A stretch of 63,543 nucleotides of DNA, counting the filler. It is 8 parts of 8 records of this genome, joined end to end, with 100 filler letters (N's around TTAATTAATTAA, not from the genome) between each part and the next. Parts side by side here need not be neighbours in the genome. Positions count along the whole stretch, not along the records: positions 12,986 to 22,433 come from SRR20825010_3494; positions 22,534 to 29,589 come from SRR20825010_3506; 6 more parts are not named here. One strand, written 5' to 3'. Below, one piece after another: positions 18,056-27,882 of the stretch. A program made the position numbers and the translations under genes. The notes beneath the pieces are model-generated. The model saw only the letters and a program-made list of their open reading frames with translations. It was not told where the DNA came from and made no database searches. The first letter of the stretch is position 1. Every line of letters starts with the position of its first letter.

Positions 18056-19661
18056 GCTTGGCCCCTGGTTCGCATTGATTTTCCGTCGCCCCGGTCGCCT
18101 GGTGACCGGCGGCTTACTCATACTGGCCACCCTGCTTGCGGGTATGGGGCTGCTGGCATTGTCGGGCTGGTTTATTACCGCCACGGCGCTCTCCGGCATC
18201 CTGTTGGCAGCCGGTGTGCAGGCGTCCATCAATCTGTATGTCCCTGGTGGTGGCATTCGCTTCTTTGCCGTGGCGCGAACGGTCGCGCGGTATGCCGAGC
18301 GGGTGTACAACCACGATACTGTGCTGCGCCTGCTGACGGATATCCGAGTGGCCCTGTTCGAGCGTTTATCCACCGCCGGCCGGGACCGGAGAACCCGTTT
18401 ACGCGGCCCGCAATGGCTATCCCGCCTGACCAATGACGTGGATGCCCTGGACACGCTGTATCTGCGCCTGATCGCACCTACGGCCCTTGCTGCTTTGGTA
18501 ACGGCGATACTGCTGATCGCCGCGTGGTTGATGTATCGCGGGGAACTGGCCGTCGGCCTTGCTCTGGTGCTGGTACCGGCATTTTTGGTAGCAACGCTGC
18601 TGGTTTACCTGCGAACCCGGCATCTGGTCTACCAGCAGACGGCGGCCCGCGAACGGGTAAGAACAGACGTCATCGAGCACATCGAGGGCTTCGGGGAACT
18701 CACCGCCGCAGGACGCATTGGCAAACATGCCGCCCTGTGCCTGCGCCAGGCGGGACAGATCACCCGCAACGAAGCCCGCACTGACACGCGCACCGGCTGG
18801 AACCTCGGGCTATCCCAGGTCATGGTGAACCTGTCGGTGGTGCTCGCGCTGTGGATGGGGCTAGAGTTGTTCCAGGCAGGGGCGGTGACAGGCCCGATGG
18901 TTGTGCTGCTGCCAATCGCCCTCCTCGGTTTACAGGAAATCTATTCGATGCTTCCGGATGCATTCGCGCGCCTGGGGGGCACGCTCGCATCTGCTGCGGC
19001 GCTCAACCGGGACTGCGCTCCAGAACCCTCCCAAGGTGCGCACGAACAACAGCCACATCGCAGTGACTGTGCCCTGGAACTCGAGCGTGTGACGATCCGT
19101 TTCAGCGACCATGCGCCGGTGCTCAGTCATTTCGATATGGCGGTCGCTAAGGGCGAATGGGTGGGAATCATTGGCCACTCCGGCGCGGGAAAATCCTCAC
19201 TGGCGGATATCATCGCAGGCCTTGAGACGCCGGCAGTCGGGCGTATTCACGCGTTACCGCTGGCCTATCTGACACAGAAAACCGTACTGTTCGATGACAC
19301 CCTGAAAGCCAATCTGCTGATCGGCCGCCCAGACGCCACGGATGCCGACCTCTGGCGGGTTTTGGAGCTGGTGGCGATGGCAGACCGGTTTGTTCACGAA
19401 CCGGCGCAGCTGAACACCTGGCTGGGCTCCATGGGTAGCCAGTTGTCTGGCGGCGAAGCCCGGCGTATTGCACTGGCACGGGTTCTGTTGAACAAAGCGC
19501 CGCTATTGATTCTGGACGAACCATTCACGGGAGTCGACGCCGAAACCCGGAACAACATTGCGACGGGTATGAGGCAGTGGTTGGCAGGAAAAACGGTGGT
19601 GTCACTGGGGCACGCGCCGGAGGCCTTACCCGCCTCCGACCGTACCATCCGGCTGGCCTAG
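18048..19661 (+). CDS. cydC: heme/thiol ABC exporter subunit CydC
   Basis: LLALSGWFITA, RTVARYAERVYNHD, DVDALDTLYLR, LSGGE; overlaps the cydD stop. Confidence 0.92.
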   Translation: MRELGPWFALIFRRPGRLVTGGLLILATLLAGMGLLALSGWFITATALSGILLAAGVQASINLYVPGGGIRFFAVARTVARYAERVYNHDTVLRLLTDIRVALFERLSTAGRDRRTRLRGPQWLSRLTNDVDALDTLYLRLIAPTALAALVTAILLIAAWLMYRGELAVGLALVLVPAFLVATLLVYLRTRHLVYQQTAARERVRTDVIEHIEGFGELTAAGRIGKHAALCLRQAGQITRNEARTDTRTGWNLGLSQVMVNLSVVLALWMGLELFQAGAVTGPMVVLLPIALLGLQEIYSMLPDAFARLGGTLASAAALNRDCAPEPSQGAHEQQPHRSDCALELERVTIRFSDHAPVLSHFDMAVAKGEWVGIIGHSGAGKSSLADIIAGLETPAVGRIHALPLAYLTQKTVLFDDTLKANLLIGRPDATDADLWRVLELVAMADRFVHEPAQLNTWLGSMGSQLSGGEARRIALARVLLNKAPLLILDEPFTGVDAETRNNIATGMRQWLAGKTVVSLGHAPEALPASDRTIRLA

Positions 19662-19666
19662 CGGCC

Positions 19667-20908
19667 TCAGCTGGTTTCCAGTACTTCGAAGGTCAGGCCA
19701 GCCTTGCTGGTCAGGCGCTCATAGAGCTTGCCATCAAGAAGCGACGATGGTGTCCAGAAACCGCCCTGTTTTTCGGCCGGTACATCAAACGCCAGGCTCA
19801 TACCTGCCTCGCCCAGCATCTTGCCGGTTGAACCGTAACCGGGGTCGCGGTCACCCGTGACTTTGGTCTTGATGATCTTGCCGTCGGTCGTCTTGCCCAC
19901 AAAGCGCAGATCGTAAAAGCCATTTTTCTGGGCTTCCGGGCTTGGGCCCTCGCCCGGCTTGGGCACGAACTTTTCCACCACCCAACGAGTTGGCTTGAAC
20001 GCAGACGCGGTGAAGAAACCTCCAAGCGCGCCGGTAATTCCGTAAGCCGCGAGACGACCTTTCACACCACGACCAGTCATCATGGCCTCATCGTAGGTGA
20101 ACTCCTTGCCATAACGAGCGTTCTGCAAAGCGTTGGAGCGATGGACGATCCGGGTGTTGATGGCCCCCATGACGAACGGCGCCAGCCAGACACCGAAGTC
20201 GTTATCGAACTCTGCACCTTTCAGGCTCGGTTGACGGATTTTGGAGCGGTGCTCCGGCGGGCAGATCGAAAACGGGTTGGCCAGTTCCTTACGCAGTTTC
20301 GGGTCGGCGGCCGCTTCCTTGGCGATGTTCATCATGCTGGCTACGGTGCCACCGGAGAACTCGCCCTTGGCAATTTTGACCCGCATCCGCACATCCTGGC
20401 ACGGAGCGCCAAAGGTTTCCGCAGCTTTTTCCTGCAGGAACCAGACCCCCATGTCTGATGGGATGGAGTCAAAGCCACAACAATGGACGATGCGGGCCCC
20501 GGAGGCCTTGGCTTTGTCCTCGTAGGTGTCCACCATCTTGCGGATCCACTGCACTTCACCGGTGAGGTCGCAATAATCCGTACCGGTTTCGGCGCAAATC
20601 TTGATCAGCGGTTCGCCATACAGAGCATAGGGACCAACGGTTGAGATCACCACGCGTGTCTGGTCACACATGGCTTTCAGGGCGCTTTCATCGGCGGCGT
20701 CTGCCACAATGACGGGCAGCTCAGACGCCGACGGGCCCAGGCCCTGTTTGAGGGTGGCCAGCTTGCTTTCTGAGCGTCCGGCGATGGCCCAGCGAACGTC
20801 TTTGCCGATACCATAGGATTCCAACAGGTAACCGGTAAGGATCTGCCCCACGAAGCTGGTGGCACCGAATACCACGATGTCGTAGGTGGTGTCAGTCTTT
20901 GTGCTCAT
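19667..20908 (-). CDS. saccharopine dehydrogenase-like / trans-acting enoyl reductase family oxidoreductase
   Basis: FGATSFVG, TVGPY..YGEP, DYCDLTGE, CGFDSIPSD, GDRDPGY. Confidence 0.85.
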   Translation of the reverse strand: MSTKTDTTYDIVVFGATSFVGQILTGYLLESYGIGKDVRWAIAGRSESKLATLKQGLGPSASELPVIVADAADESALKAMCDQTRVVISTVGPYALYGEPLIKICAETGTDYCDLTGEVQWIRKMVDTYEDKAKASGARIVHCCGFDSIPSDMGVWFLQEKAAETFGAPCQDVRMRVKIAKGEFSGGTVASMMNIAKEAAADPKLRKELANPFSICPPEHRSKIRQPSLKGAEFDNDFGVWLAPFVMGAINTRIVHRSNALQNARYGKEFTYDEAMMTGRGVKGRLAAYGITGALGGFFTASAFKPTRWVVEKFVPKPGEGPSPEAQKNGFYDLRFVGKTTDGKIIKTKVTGDRDPGYGSTGKMLGEAGMSLAFDVPAEKQGGFWTPSSLLDGKLYERLTSKAGLTFEVLETS

Positions 20909-20935
20909 TCGTTGTCCTTAATCCATTTGGATCAA

Positions 20936-21361
20936 TTATGAATTGGTGGCGGTCGACCGCGACGCTTTTGCACCCATCAATACCAGGAACAGCGCTACAC
21001 CCAGGCCCCAGAAGCCGTTCAGTATCAGCCCGCCAACCCAGGTCTGGGCGGTGACAGCGATGCCCTTCAGCGGGAAGACCACCAGCATGGCGACGGCTGT
21101 CGGCCCGATGGCGCCTACTATTACATTACCCAACCAGAACTTAAAGCCGCCAAAGCGGCCAAGGATCGCCCAGAGCACGATTCCCCAAAGCCCGCCAAAG
21201 AAAGCCAGCGAGAAAACAGCGGGAATACCCAGCGGCGGAACCGCAGCCATGTTAAAGGGTGCGGATGGCACCATTCCCACGAAATAAAACACGGCAAACA
21301 GCCCCTGATGAAAGATCAGGGTGGCAAGAAGGCCACTGACAAATGCTTTTAACCAGATCAT
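20936..21361 (-). CDS. conserved hypothetical 4-TM membrane protein
   Basis: Hydrophobic ORF starting MIWLKAF...IFHQG...AFFGGLWG...NGFWG; AAAGGA RBS. Confidence 0.7.
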   Translation of the reverse strand: MIWLKAFVSGLLATLIFHQGLFAVFYFVGMVPSAPFNMAAVPPLGIPAVFSLAFFGGLWGIVLWAILGRFGGFKFWLGNVIVGAIGPTAVAMLVVFPLKGIAVTAQTWVGGLILNGFWGLGVALFLVLMGAKASRSTATNS

Positions 21362-21486
21362 GTCACTATCCTTTCGTTTATTTCCCTGGAGGTTGCAACA
21401 AAACGTCGCATCGGCCAATCGAATCATCGTACCGATACTGCACACTCTGTCAGACTCAATGAACCCGAATCCCGGAGGTTAACCCA

Positions 21487-21816
21487 TTGAACACCCTGCT
21501 TCTGGTACTGAGCCTCATACTTGCCACTCTCAGCGCCTGGCTGTTCTGGCAGGTACGTCTCCAGCAAAGATCCATTGGCAAGGCGATGGCTGAGAGCTAT
21601 GGCCCTGATAATACACGGGAACCGGAGCTGATACTTACGCTGCGAGTAAAAGATCCGATTGCCCTGGCAAAACGCGAATCGAAGTCAGCCCGCATGTTGG
21701 CAGACCGTCTTCCGGTGATGGTGAAACGGCTGGTGTATCAGGAAGTCATGAAAGAGCTCGAACTGGAACTGGCCGAAAGGGAAATCGACGTGGAAATGAA
21801 GCTCGAATACCGATAG
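21487..21816 (+). CDS. hypothetical protein with N-terminal membrane anchor
   Basis: GGAGG RBS, TTG start, hydrophobic N-terminus. Confidence 0.7.
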   Translation: MNTLLLVLSLILATLSAWLFWQVRLQQRSIGKAMAESYGPDNTREPELILTLRVKDPIALAKRESKSARMLADRLPVMVKRLVYQEVMKELELELAEREIDVEMKLEYR

Positions 21817-21824
21817 GAGGCGCC

Positions 21825-22289
21825 ATGGACATCGTATCACTGCTCAGTTTAAGCGCCATTCTGACCTCAACGGGGCTTATGGCGGTTGCGTTCCGACAAC
21901 ACAGCCGCAACACCCGAACTCTCCGTATCCTTCACTCCCAACGGATTTCGGCCAACAGCCATATCCAGAAAACCCGGATGGATCTGATGGAAACCCGAAA
22001 CCGGGCCCGCTTGCTGGAGGAAACCGTCAAGAATGGCACCAGCGCGGTAGAGAAGGTTCACAAGGCCATTACCACCACAACGTTCAGCCTGATCGACCGC
22101 TTTTCAAGCAATGAGGAGTTCCGCGAAAACGCCCGTCGGGCGCGGGAAACCCACGACCAGACCAGTGACCAGATCTATCGCTCGGTGCACACCACCAACA
22201 AGGCGTTGCATATACTGGCGGACACCCTGTTTTTCGGTAAGAAGGAAAAACAGCTGACGGCACGAAAAAAGCCGAAAGACGAGCAATAA
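21825..22289 (+). CDS. hypothetical helical/coiled-coil protein with N-terminal anchor
   Basis: AGGAGG RBS, 8 nt after the previous gene, followed by a terminator. Confidence 0.75.
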   Translation: MDIVSLLSLSAILTSTGLMAVAFRQHSRNTRTLRILHSQRISANSHIQKTRMDLMETRNRARLLEETVKNGTSAVEKVHKAITTTTFSLIDRFSSNEEFRENARRARETHDQTSDQIYRSVHTTNKALHILADTLFFGKKEKQLTARKKPKDEQ

Positions 22290-22315
22290 AAAAGGCACCC
22301 TAGGGTGCCTTTTTT
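22288..22315. terminator. bidirectional intrinsic terminator
   Basis: AAAAAAGGCACCCTAGGGTGCCTTTTTT between convergent genes. Confidence 0.9.
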
Positions 22316-22330
22316 AGTAGAGTCAGAAAG

Positions 22331-22433
22331 TTATAGGACTTTCTTCAACTCTTCTTCAAGCTGCGGAACCGCTTCAAACAGATCCGCGACCAGGCCGTAA
22401 TCCGCCACCTGGAAGATCGGCGCTTCTTCGTCC
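22331..22433 (-). CDS. etfA: electron transfer flavoprotein alpha subunit, C-terminal fragment
   Basis: Hand translation [33 protein letters not shown]. Confidence 0.9.
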
Positions 22434-22533
22434 NNNNNNNNNNNNNNNNNNNNNNNNNNNNNNNNNNNNNNNNNNNNTTAATTAATTAANNNNNNNNNNN
22501 NNNNNNNNNNNNNNNNNNNNNNNNNNNNNNNNN
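22434..22533. other. artificial contig spacer
   Basis: N44-TTAATTAATTAA-N44. Confidence 0.98.
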
Positions 22534-23264
22534 AGCTGGGCATATACGGTGCAGCTGCGCTGATCCCGATTCAAATTTTCGTGGGCGACCTGCACGGTTT
22601 GAACACACTGAAACACCAACCCGCCAAGGTGGCCGCGATGGAAGGGGTGTGGCACACGGAGAAGGGCGCACCGCTGTTGTTGTTTGCAATTCCGGATGGC
22701 GAGGCACGGACCAACCATTTTGAAATTGGCATTCCCAAGATGGCCAGTTTTATTCTGACCCACGATTTCAATGGCGAAATCAAGGGGCTCAATGAATTTC
22801 TGAATTCACACCCACCTGTGGGGCCGGTGTTTTATTCGTTCCGCGTCATGGTGGGCATGGGCATGCTGATGTTGCTGGTGTCGTGGGCCAGTGTGCTGGC
22901 TTTCCGCAAGGGTGGGCCTGTGCTTGAAAACAGGATGCACCGCGTGTTACTGACCACATTGATGTTCATGATGTTCTCGGGCTGGATCGCCACCGTTGCG
23001 GGCTGGTGGGTCACTGAAATTGGTCGCCAACCCTACGTGGTGTACGGCATCTTGGGCACAGCCGATGTGGTGGCGCAGCACCCGCCGCAACTGGTGGCTT
23101 TTACGGTGTTGTTGTACATGGTGATGTACATCGCTTTGATTATTTCCTATGTGTGGGTGCTGCGGTACATGTTGCTGGGCGGCCTTGGGTCATCCAAAAA
23201 AGTGAATTGGGGTGGCGTGCCGCCAAGCACTTCGCCAGCCGATCGCGTTCGCCGTGAACAATAA
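22534..23264 (+). CDS. cydA: cytochrome bd oxidase subunit I (5' truncated)
   Basis: GDLHGLNTLKHQPAKVAAMEG, FYSFRVMVG, GWWVTEIGRQPY; frame is open to the contig start. Confidence 0.93.
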
Positions 23265-23282
23265 ACCAAAGGAGCACAGGCC

Positions 23283-24281
23283 ATGACTTTCAATGAATTT
23301 CTGCCGCTGTTGTTCATGGGTGTGATGGGTTTGTCGCTGCTCATTTACGTGGTGCTGGACGGCTACGACTTGGGTGTGGGTTTGCTGTTGCCCCACGCCA
23401 CCGATGGCGAGAAAGACACCATGATCAATTCCATCGGTCCGTTCTGGGATGCCAATGAAACCTGGCTGGTGTTGGGTGTGGGCATTTTGTTGATCGCGTT
23501 TCCCAAGGCGCATGGTGTGGTGCTAACGGCCCTGTATTTGCCGGTCACTTTCATGCTGATTGGTTTGGTGATGCGTGGAGTGGCCTTTGACTTCCGCGTC
23601 AAGGTTGAAGTGGCTTACAAGCCGCTCTGGAATAATATTTTCTTCATTGGTTCCTTGATTACCTCTGTGTCGCAGGGCTGGATGCTGGGCAGTTACATCA
23701 CCGGTTTTTCAAACCACTGGTCGCAGATGGTGTTTAACCTGGGTGTGGCCATCACCTTGCCGTTTGCGTATACCTTGCTGGCCAGCGGCTGGCTGATCAT
23801 GAAAACCGAGGGCGATTTGATTCACAAGGCATGCCGTTGGGGGCGAATCAGCTTTTGGCCCATGCTGGTGTCAATTGCATTTATTTCTGCCATGACCCCT
23901 TTGGTGGTGCCCGAAATTTTCAGCAAGTGGTTCAGCTTTCCGAATATTGTGGCGCTGGCTCCCATTCCGATTGCCACGGCAGCATGCCTTTGGGGCACCC
24001 ACCATGTGTTGTCGAGCCAGCGCATCATCGATGCAGGTTATGGCTGGATGGTGTTTGCGCTGACAGCCGGGGTCATGGTGCTGGCCTTCATGGGCTTGGC
24101 GTACAGCCAATATCCGTATGTGGTGTTGAATCAGCTGACTGTCTGGGAGGCGGCTTCCTCGCCCGAGGCCTTGAAGATTATTCTCGTGGGTGTGGTGATC
24201 ACTTTGCCAACAATCCTCGGGTACACTGCGTTTTCTTACAAGGTGTTCTGGGGCAAGGCCAAAGAACTGTCTTACCAGTGA
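23283..24281 (+). CDS. cydB: cytochrome bd oxidase subunit II
   Basis: LDGYDLGVG, PFWDANETWL, RGVAFDFR. Confidence 0.93.
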   Translation: MTFNEFLPLLFMGVMGLSLLIYVVLDGYDLGVGLLLPHATDGEKDTMINSIGPFWDANETWLVLGVGILLIAFPKAHGVVLTALYLPVTFMLIGLVMRGVAFDFRVKVEVAYKPLWNNIFFIGSLITSVSQGWMLGSYITGFSNHWSQMVFNLGVAITLPFAYTLLASGWLIMKTEGDLIHKACRWGRISFWPMLVSIAFISAMTPLVVPEIFSKWFSFPNIVALAPIPIATAACLWGTHHVLSSQRIIDAGYGWMVFALTAGVMVLAFMGLAYSQYPYVVLNQLTVWEAASSPEALKIILVGVVITLPTILGYTAFSYKVFWGKAKELSYQ

Positions 24282-24303
24282 TTACGTACGAGGGAATTGT
24301 TGA

Positions 24304-24642
24304 ATGAGTATCAGGCAATTGAGCGAAGATGTCGCCGTGTGCGGGCAAATCAGTCCAGACGATCTGGAAGCGATTGTGGAATTGGGTTTCAAAACAATTG
24401 TGAACAACCGCCCTGACCACGAAGTGGGTGGGAATTTGCTTCATGCTGAAATTGAAGCGAAGGCAAAAAGCCTTGGGTTGGCCATTCACTATTTGCCCAT
24501 GGAAGTGGGCCAGCCACCGTCAGAAACGTTGCTCGAAGATTTCAAGCGCATTCTTGATGCAGCAGAAAAGCCGGTACTGGCCTACTGCCGCAGTGGCAAC
24601 AGGTCAGGTCAAATTTACATGGGTGCTTGCGCGTTAAAGTAG
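24304..24642 (+). CDS. DUF442/TIGR01244 family sulfur transferase
   Basis: GQISPDD, IVNNRPD.E, PVLAYCRSGNRS (CX5R). Confidence 0.85.
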   Translation: MSIRQLSEDVAVCGQISPDDLEAIVELGFKTIVNNRPDHEVGGNLLHAEIEAKAKSLGLAIHYLPMEVGQPPSETLLEDFKRILDAAEKPVLAYCRSGNRSGQIYMGACALK

Positions 24643-24656
24643 ATCGCTGAAGTAAA

Positions 24657-25175
24657 TCAGTGGTCCTTTCGGGGCTCAGGTGTTTGTGGTGGCATGGCCA
24701 TGGCCAGTTCCCGAATCATTCGGACAGTGTCGATGTCGGCTGCCCTGTAGGCCTGTTTGCGCACTTCTTCCACATCTGTGGACGATGCCCCTGGCACATC
24801 GCCTGTGTTGGGTGCATCACTGACCTGGTAGTAAAAACGCAGCCACAGTTCTCCTTGATTGGGTTCTTCAATGGAAATCGTCAAGGTGCTGTCGCCGCAG
24901 AATTGATTGGCTACAATTCGTGTTTCCGTGCGGTCTTCTTCGTGTAGCTCGATCGAGTCTTCAATCTTGAATGGCCCATAGTCCAGTACACGGTATAGTG
25001 TGGTGACACTGCCCTGTTGGCGGGATTCGGTAATTTGTGCGTCCTCCAGACCCAGCACAAACCGGGTGGGTTTCCACGCGCGTGCTACAAGGCCTAGCCA
25101 AAGTTGTTGCCGTGTTAACCAGTCCACGCCTGGCAGGCTTGGGTCGTTGATTTGCACCAAATGTTCAAATTTCAT
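24657..25175 (-). CDS. DUF1857 / AtaL-like SRPBCC-fold protein
   Basis: [11 protein letters not shown]...LTRQQLWLGLVARA...AYRAADIDTVRMIR. Confidence 0.75.
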   Translation of the reverse strand: MKFEHLVQINDPSLPGVDWLTRQQLWLGLVARAWKPTRFVLGLEDAQITESRQQGSVTTLYRVLDYGPFKIEDSIELHEEDRTETRIVANQFCGDSTLTISIEEPNQGELWLRFYYQVSDAPNTGDVPGASSTDVEEVRKQAYRAADIDTVRMIRELAMAMPPQTPEPRKDH

Positions 25176-26078
25176 GAAAGGGATCCTGTGACACACCCAC
25201 AAGGTACTACAAAACCTGACCCTGATTCCAGCGGCTCCGGCACCGCGGTTGGTTTGCTTGAGCCGTCGACAAAACGCGTGGGTGTATTCGATTCCGGTGT
25301 GGGTGGCCTGTCAGTGTTGAAGGCTTTGCTTGAACATTTGCCGCTGGAGCAGTTTGATTTTGTGGCCGATGAGCGTTACCTGCCGTATGGCGACAAGCCC
25401 CAGCATGAAATTACCGACCGGGTTTTGACTGTGTCCAACTGGCTGCGCAATCAAGGGTGCAAGGCCATGGTCATGGCCTGCAACACGGCCACAGCGGCCG
25501 GTGCAAACCAGGCTCGCACTGTGCATGCCAATTGGCCCATTGTGGGCATTGAACCCGCAGTAAAGCCTGCCAGCATGATGACACGCACGGGTGTGGTGGG
25601 CATTTTGGCAACCACCAACACCGTGGCCAGTGAACGTTTCAAAACCCTTGTTGAGCGTTTTGACCCCTTGGCCAAAGTGATTGCACTGCCATGCCCAGGG
25701 CTGGTGGAGCTGATTGAAAAATCACCACTTCCACGGGCCGATATCGAGGCGCTGCTTAAGCCAATTGTGGCCGGTTTGATTCAGAAAAAAGCCGATGTCA
25801 TTGTGTTGGGCTGCACACATTATCCGTTTGTGGCCAGCATCATTTCTGATTTGGCCGGGCCCGGTATTGCTGTGATTGAAACCGGCATGCCAGTGGCCAG
25901 GCAATTGAAGTCGCGCCTTGAATCAGAAGGTTTACTGGGGGACAAGCCCCTTGCCACAAACCTGCTGGACAAGGTCCGGTTTTACACCACGGGCGACCCA
26001 GTGGCTTTCAAAAACAAATTGGTGAATTTGCTGGGCGATGAATGGGCGGGTGCCAGCATTCATTTTCTGGCCATTTAA
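25152..26078 (+). CDS. murI: glutamate racemase (start uncertain)
   Basis: [27 protein letters not shown]. Confidence 0.95.
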   Translation: MHQMFKFHERDPVTHPQGTTKPDPDSSGSGTAVGLLEPSTKRVGVFDSGVGGLSVLKALLEHLPLEQFDFVADERYLPYGDKPQHEITDRVLTVSNWLRNQGCKAMVMACNTATAAGANQARTVHANWPIVGIEPAVKPASMMTRTGVVGILATTNTVASERFKTLVERFDPLAKVIALPCPGLVELIEKSPLPRADIEALLKPIVAGLIQKKADVIVLGCTHYPFVASIISDLAGPGIAVIETGMPVARQLKSRLESEGLLGDKPLATNLLDKVRFYTTGDPVAFKNKLVNLLGDEWAGASIHFLAI

Positions 26079-26869
26079 TGGCTGGGTGGCTCTTGTGGCT
26101 GCAACTGGGAAAGCATTTGCGCCACATGCACAAACTGTGATGATGCAATTTCTTCGGCACGGGCAGTCAGTGCAATTCCGGCATTCTGGGCAATGGCTTC
26201 GGGTACCACGTCGGCCCAGGTGTTGCGCAGCATTTTCCGGCGCTGTGAAAATGCGGTGCTGACCACTTTGCTGAACAGGGCGTGGGGAATTTTGGCCCGT
26301 TCGTCTGCTGGCTTGGGCACCATGCGCACAATTGCCGACATCACCCGGGGTGGCGGATCAAAACATTCAGGCGGTACATCGAACAAATGATCCATGTCGT
26401 AGTAAGCCTGCAGCATCACGGACAGCCGCCCGTAATCGCTGGTTTTTGGCGAGGCCACCATGCGGTCGATCACTTCTTTTTGCAGCATGAAGTGCTGGTC
26501 TGTTACCTGATCGGCCACGTCCAGCAGTGCAAACAAAATAGGCGATGAAATATTGTAGGGCAGGTTGCCAACCACGCGAAACGGTGCCTGAATTTGCCTG
26601 AAATCAAACTTCAGCACATCCACTTCATGCACGGTCAACTGGTTTTTCCAGGCCCCTGTGCGCAGTTTTTCCGCCAGGTCGCGGTCAATTTCAATGACTT
26701 GAAGATGCTTCACGGCCTTGAGTAGCCAGAAGGTTAGTGCGCCCAGGCCCGGGCCGATCTCAACCAGCGTGTCGTCGGGGCGGGGGCGCATTTCGCCGAT
26801 CAGGTTGGACAATACGCTTTGGTCGGTCAGAAAATGTTGACCGAATCGTTTTCTGGCTTGGTGTTTCAT
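26075..26869 (-). CDS. rsmA: 16S rRNA m6,2A dimethyltransferase
   Basis: [32 protein letters not shown]. Confidence 0.97.
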   Translation of the reverse strand: MKHQARKRFGQHFLTDQSVLSNLIGEMRPRPDDTLVEIGPGLGALTFWLLKAVKHLQVIEIDRDLAEKLRTGAWKNQLTVHEVDVLKFDFRQIQAPFRVVGNLPYNISSPILFALLDVADQVTDQHFMLQKEVIDRMVASPKTSDYGRLSVMLQAYYDMDHLFDVPPECFDPPPRVMSAIVRMVPKPADERAKIPHALFSKVVSTAFSQRRKMLRNTWADVVPEAIAQNAGIALTARAEEIASSQFVHVAQMLSQLQPQEPPSH

Positions 26870-27873
26870 TGCGCTTTCCTGCGGCAAAGGTCCATTCGGT
26901 GTGCGCATTCAAGAGCTTGCATCAAACTGCCTGCGTCCATGTTTCGGGTGCCAGCAAGGTCGAGCGCGGTACCGTGATCCACGGATGTTCGAACAATCGG
27001 CAGGCCCAGTGAAATGTTTACGCCCTGGCCAAAACTGGCGTGTTTCAGCACGGGCAAACCTTGGTCATGAAACATGGCCAGCACGGCATCGGCGTGTTCA
27101 AGGTACTTTGGCTGAAACAGTGTGTCTGCGGGGTAGGGGCCTTGTACGTCATGCCCTTCCGATTGAAGGGATTTGATGACAGGTGTGATGGTGTTGATTT
27201 CTTCCAGACCCAAATCGCCAGCTTCACCCGCGTGCGGATTCAGGCCTGTGACCAGAATTCTGGGTCTGTTCAAATTCCAGTACAGCGCCAGGTCATGGAG
27301 CATGATGCGCAAAGTTCGGGTCAACGATTCGACAGTGATGGCGCCGGGTACCTGCGACAGGGGCAGGTGGGTTGTGGCCAGCGCCACTTTCATGTTGCCG
27401 CCGACCAGCATCATGACCACCTCGTCTTGTCCGCAGCGTTGTGCCAAGTATTCGGTATGCCCCATGAAGCCTGGCCAGAAAGGGCTGATGGCCGATTTCT
27501 GAATGGGCGCAGTGACCATGGCAGCAGCTTCATTGCCCAGACAGGTATCGCAAGCAGTATCCAGCAAGCCGATCACATAAGGGGCATTGGCTGGGCTGGG
27601 TTGGCCTGTGGCGCAAGGGGCATGCAGCGCACGGTGCAACAGGTAATAAGCGGGTTTGGTTGCCTGTTCCAGTGTGTCAATGCGCTGCCATGCGGGTGAA
27701 ATACTGGCTTGGGTAGCGCGCTGGTTCAGTAAGTCGGCATCGCCGAGGATCACCAATGGGCGTTGCAGCTTGGTCGCGGTGTCGCTTTCGGCAAGCAAGG
27801 CACACAATTCCGGGCCGATCCCTGCGGGTTCGCCGCTGGTAATCAGGATCGGTGGAAGGGTGTTGTTGTTCAT
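26866..27873 (-). CDS. pdxA: 4-hydroxythreonine-4-phosphate dehydrogenase
   Basis: [34 protein letters not shown]. Confidence 0.97.
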   Translation of the reverse strand: MNNNTLPPILITSGEPAGIGPELCALLAESDTATKLQRPLVILGDADLLNQRATQASISPAWQRIDTLEQATKPAYYLLHRALHAPCATGQPSPANAPYVIGLLDTACDTCLGNEAAAMVTAPIQKSAISPFWPGFMGHTEYLAQRCGQDEVVMMLVGGNMKVALATTHLPLSQVPGAITVESLTRTLRIMLHDLALYWNLNRPRILVTGLNPHAGEAGDLGLEEINTITPVIKSLQSEGHDVQGPYPADTLFQPKYLEHADAVLAMFHDQGLPVLKHASFGQGVNISLGLPIVRTSVDHGTALDLAGTRNMDAGSLMQALECAHRMDLCRRKAQ

Positions 27874-27882
27874 GCCTTGAAA

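Noticed and set aside
13950..24281. Tandem duplication of cydAB
   Set aside because: The two copies lie on different contigs with different sequence style
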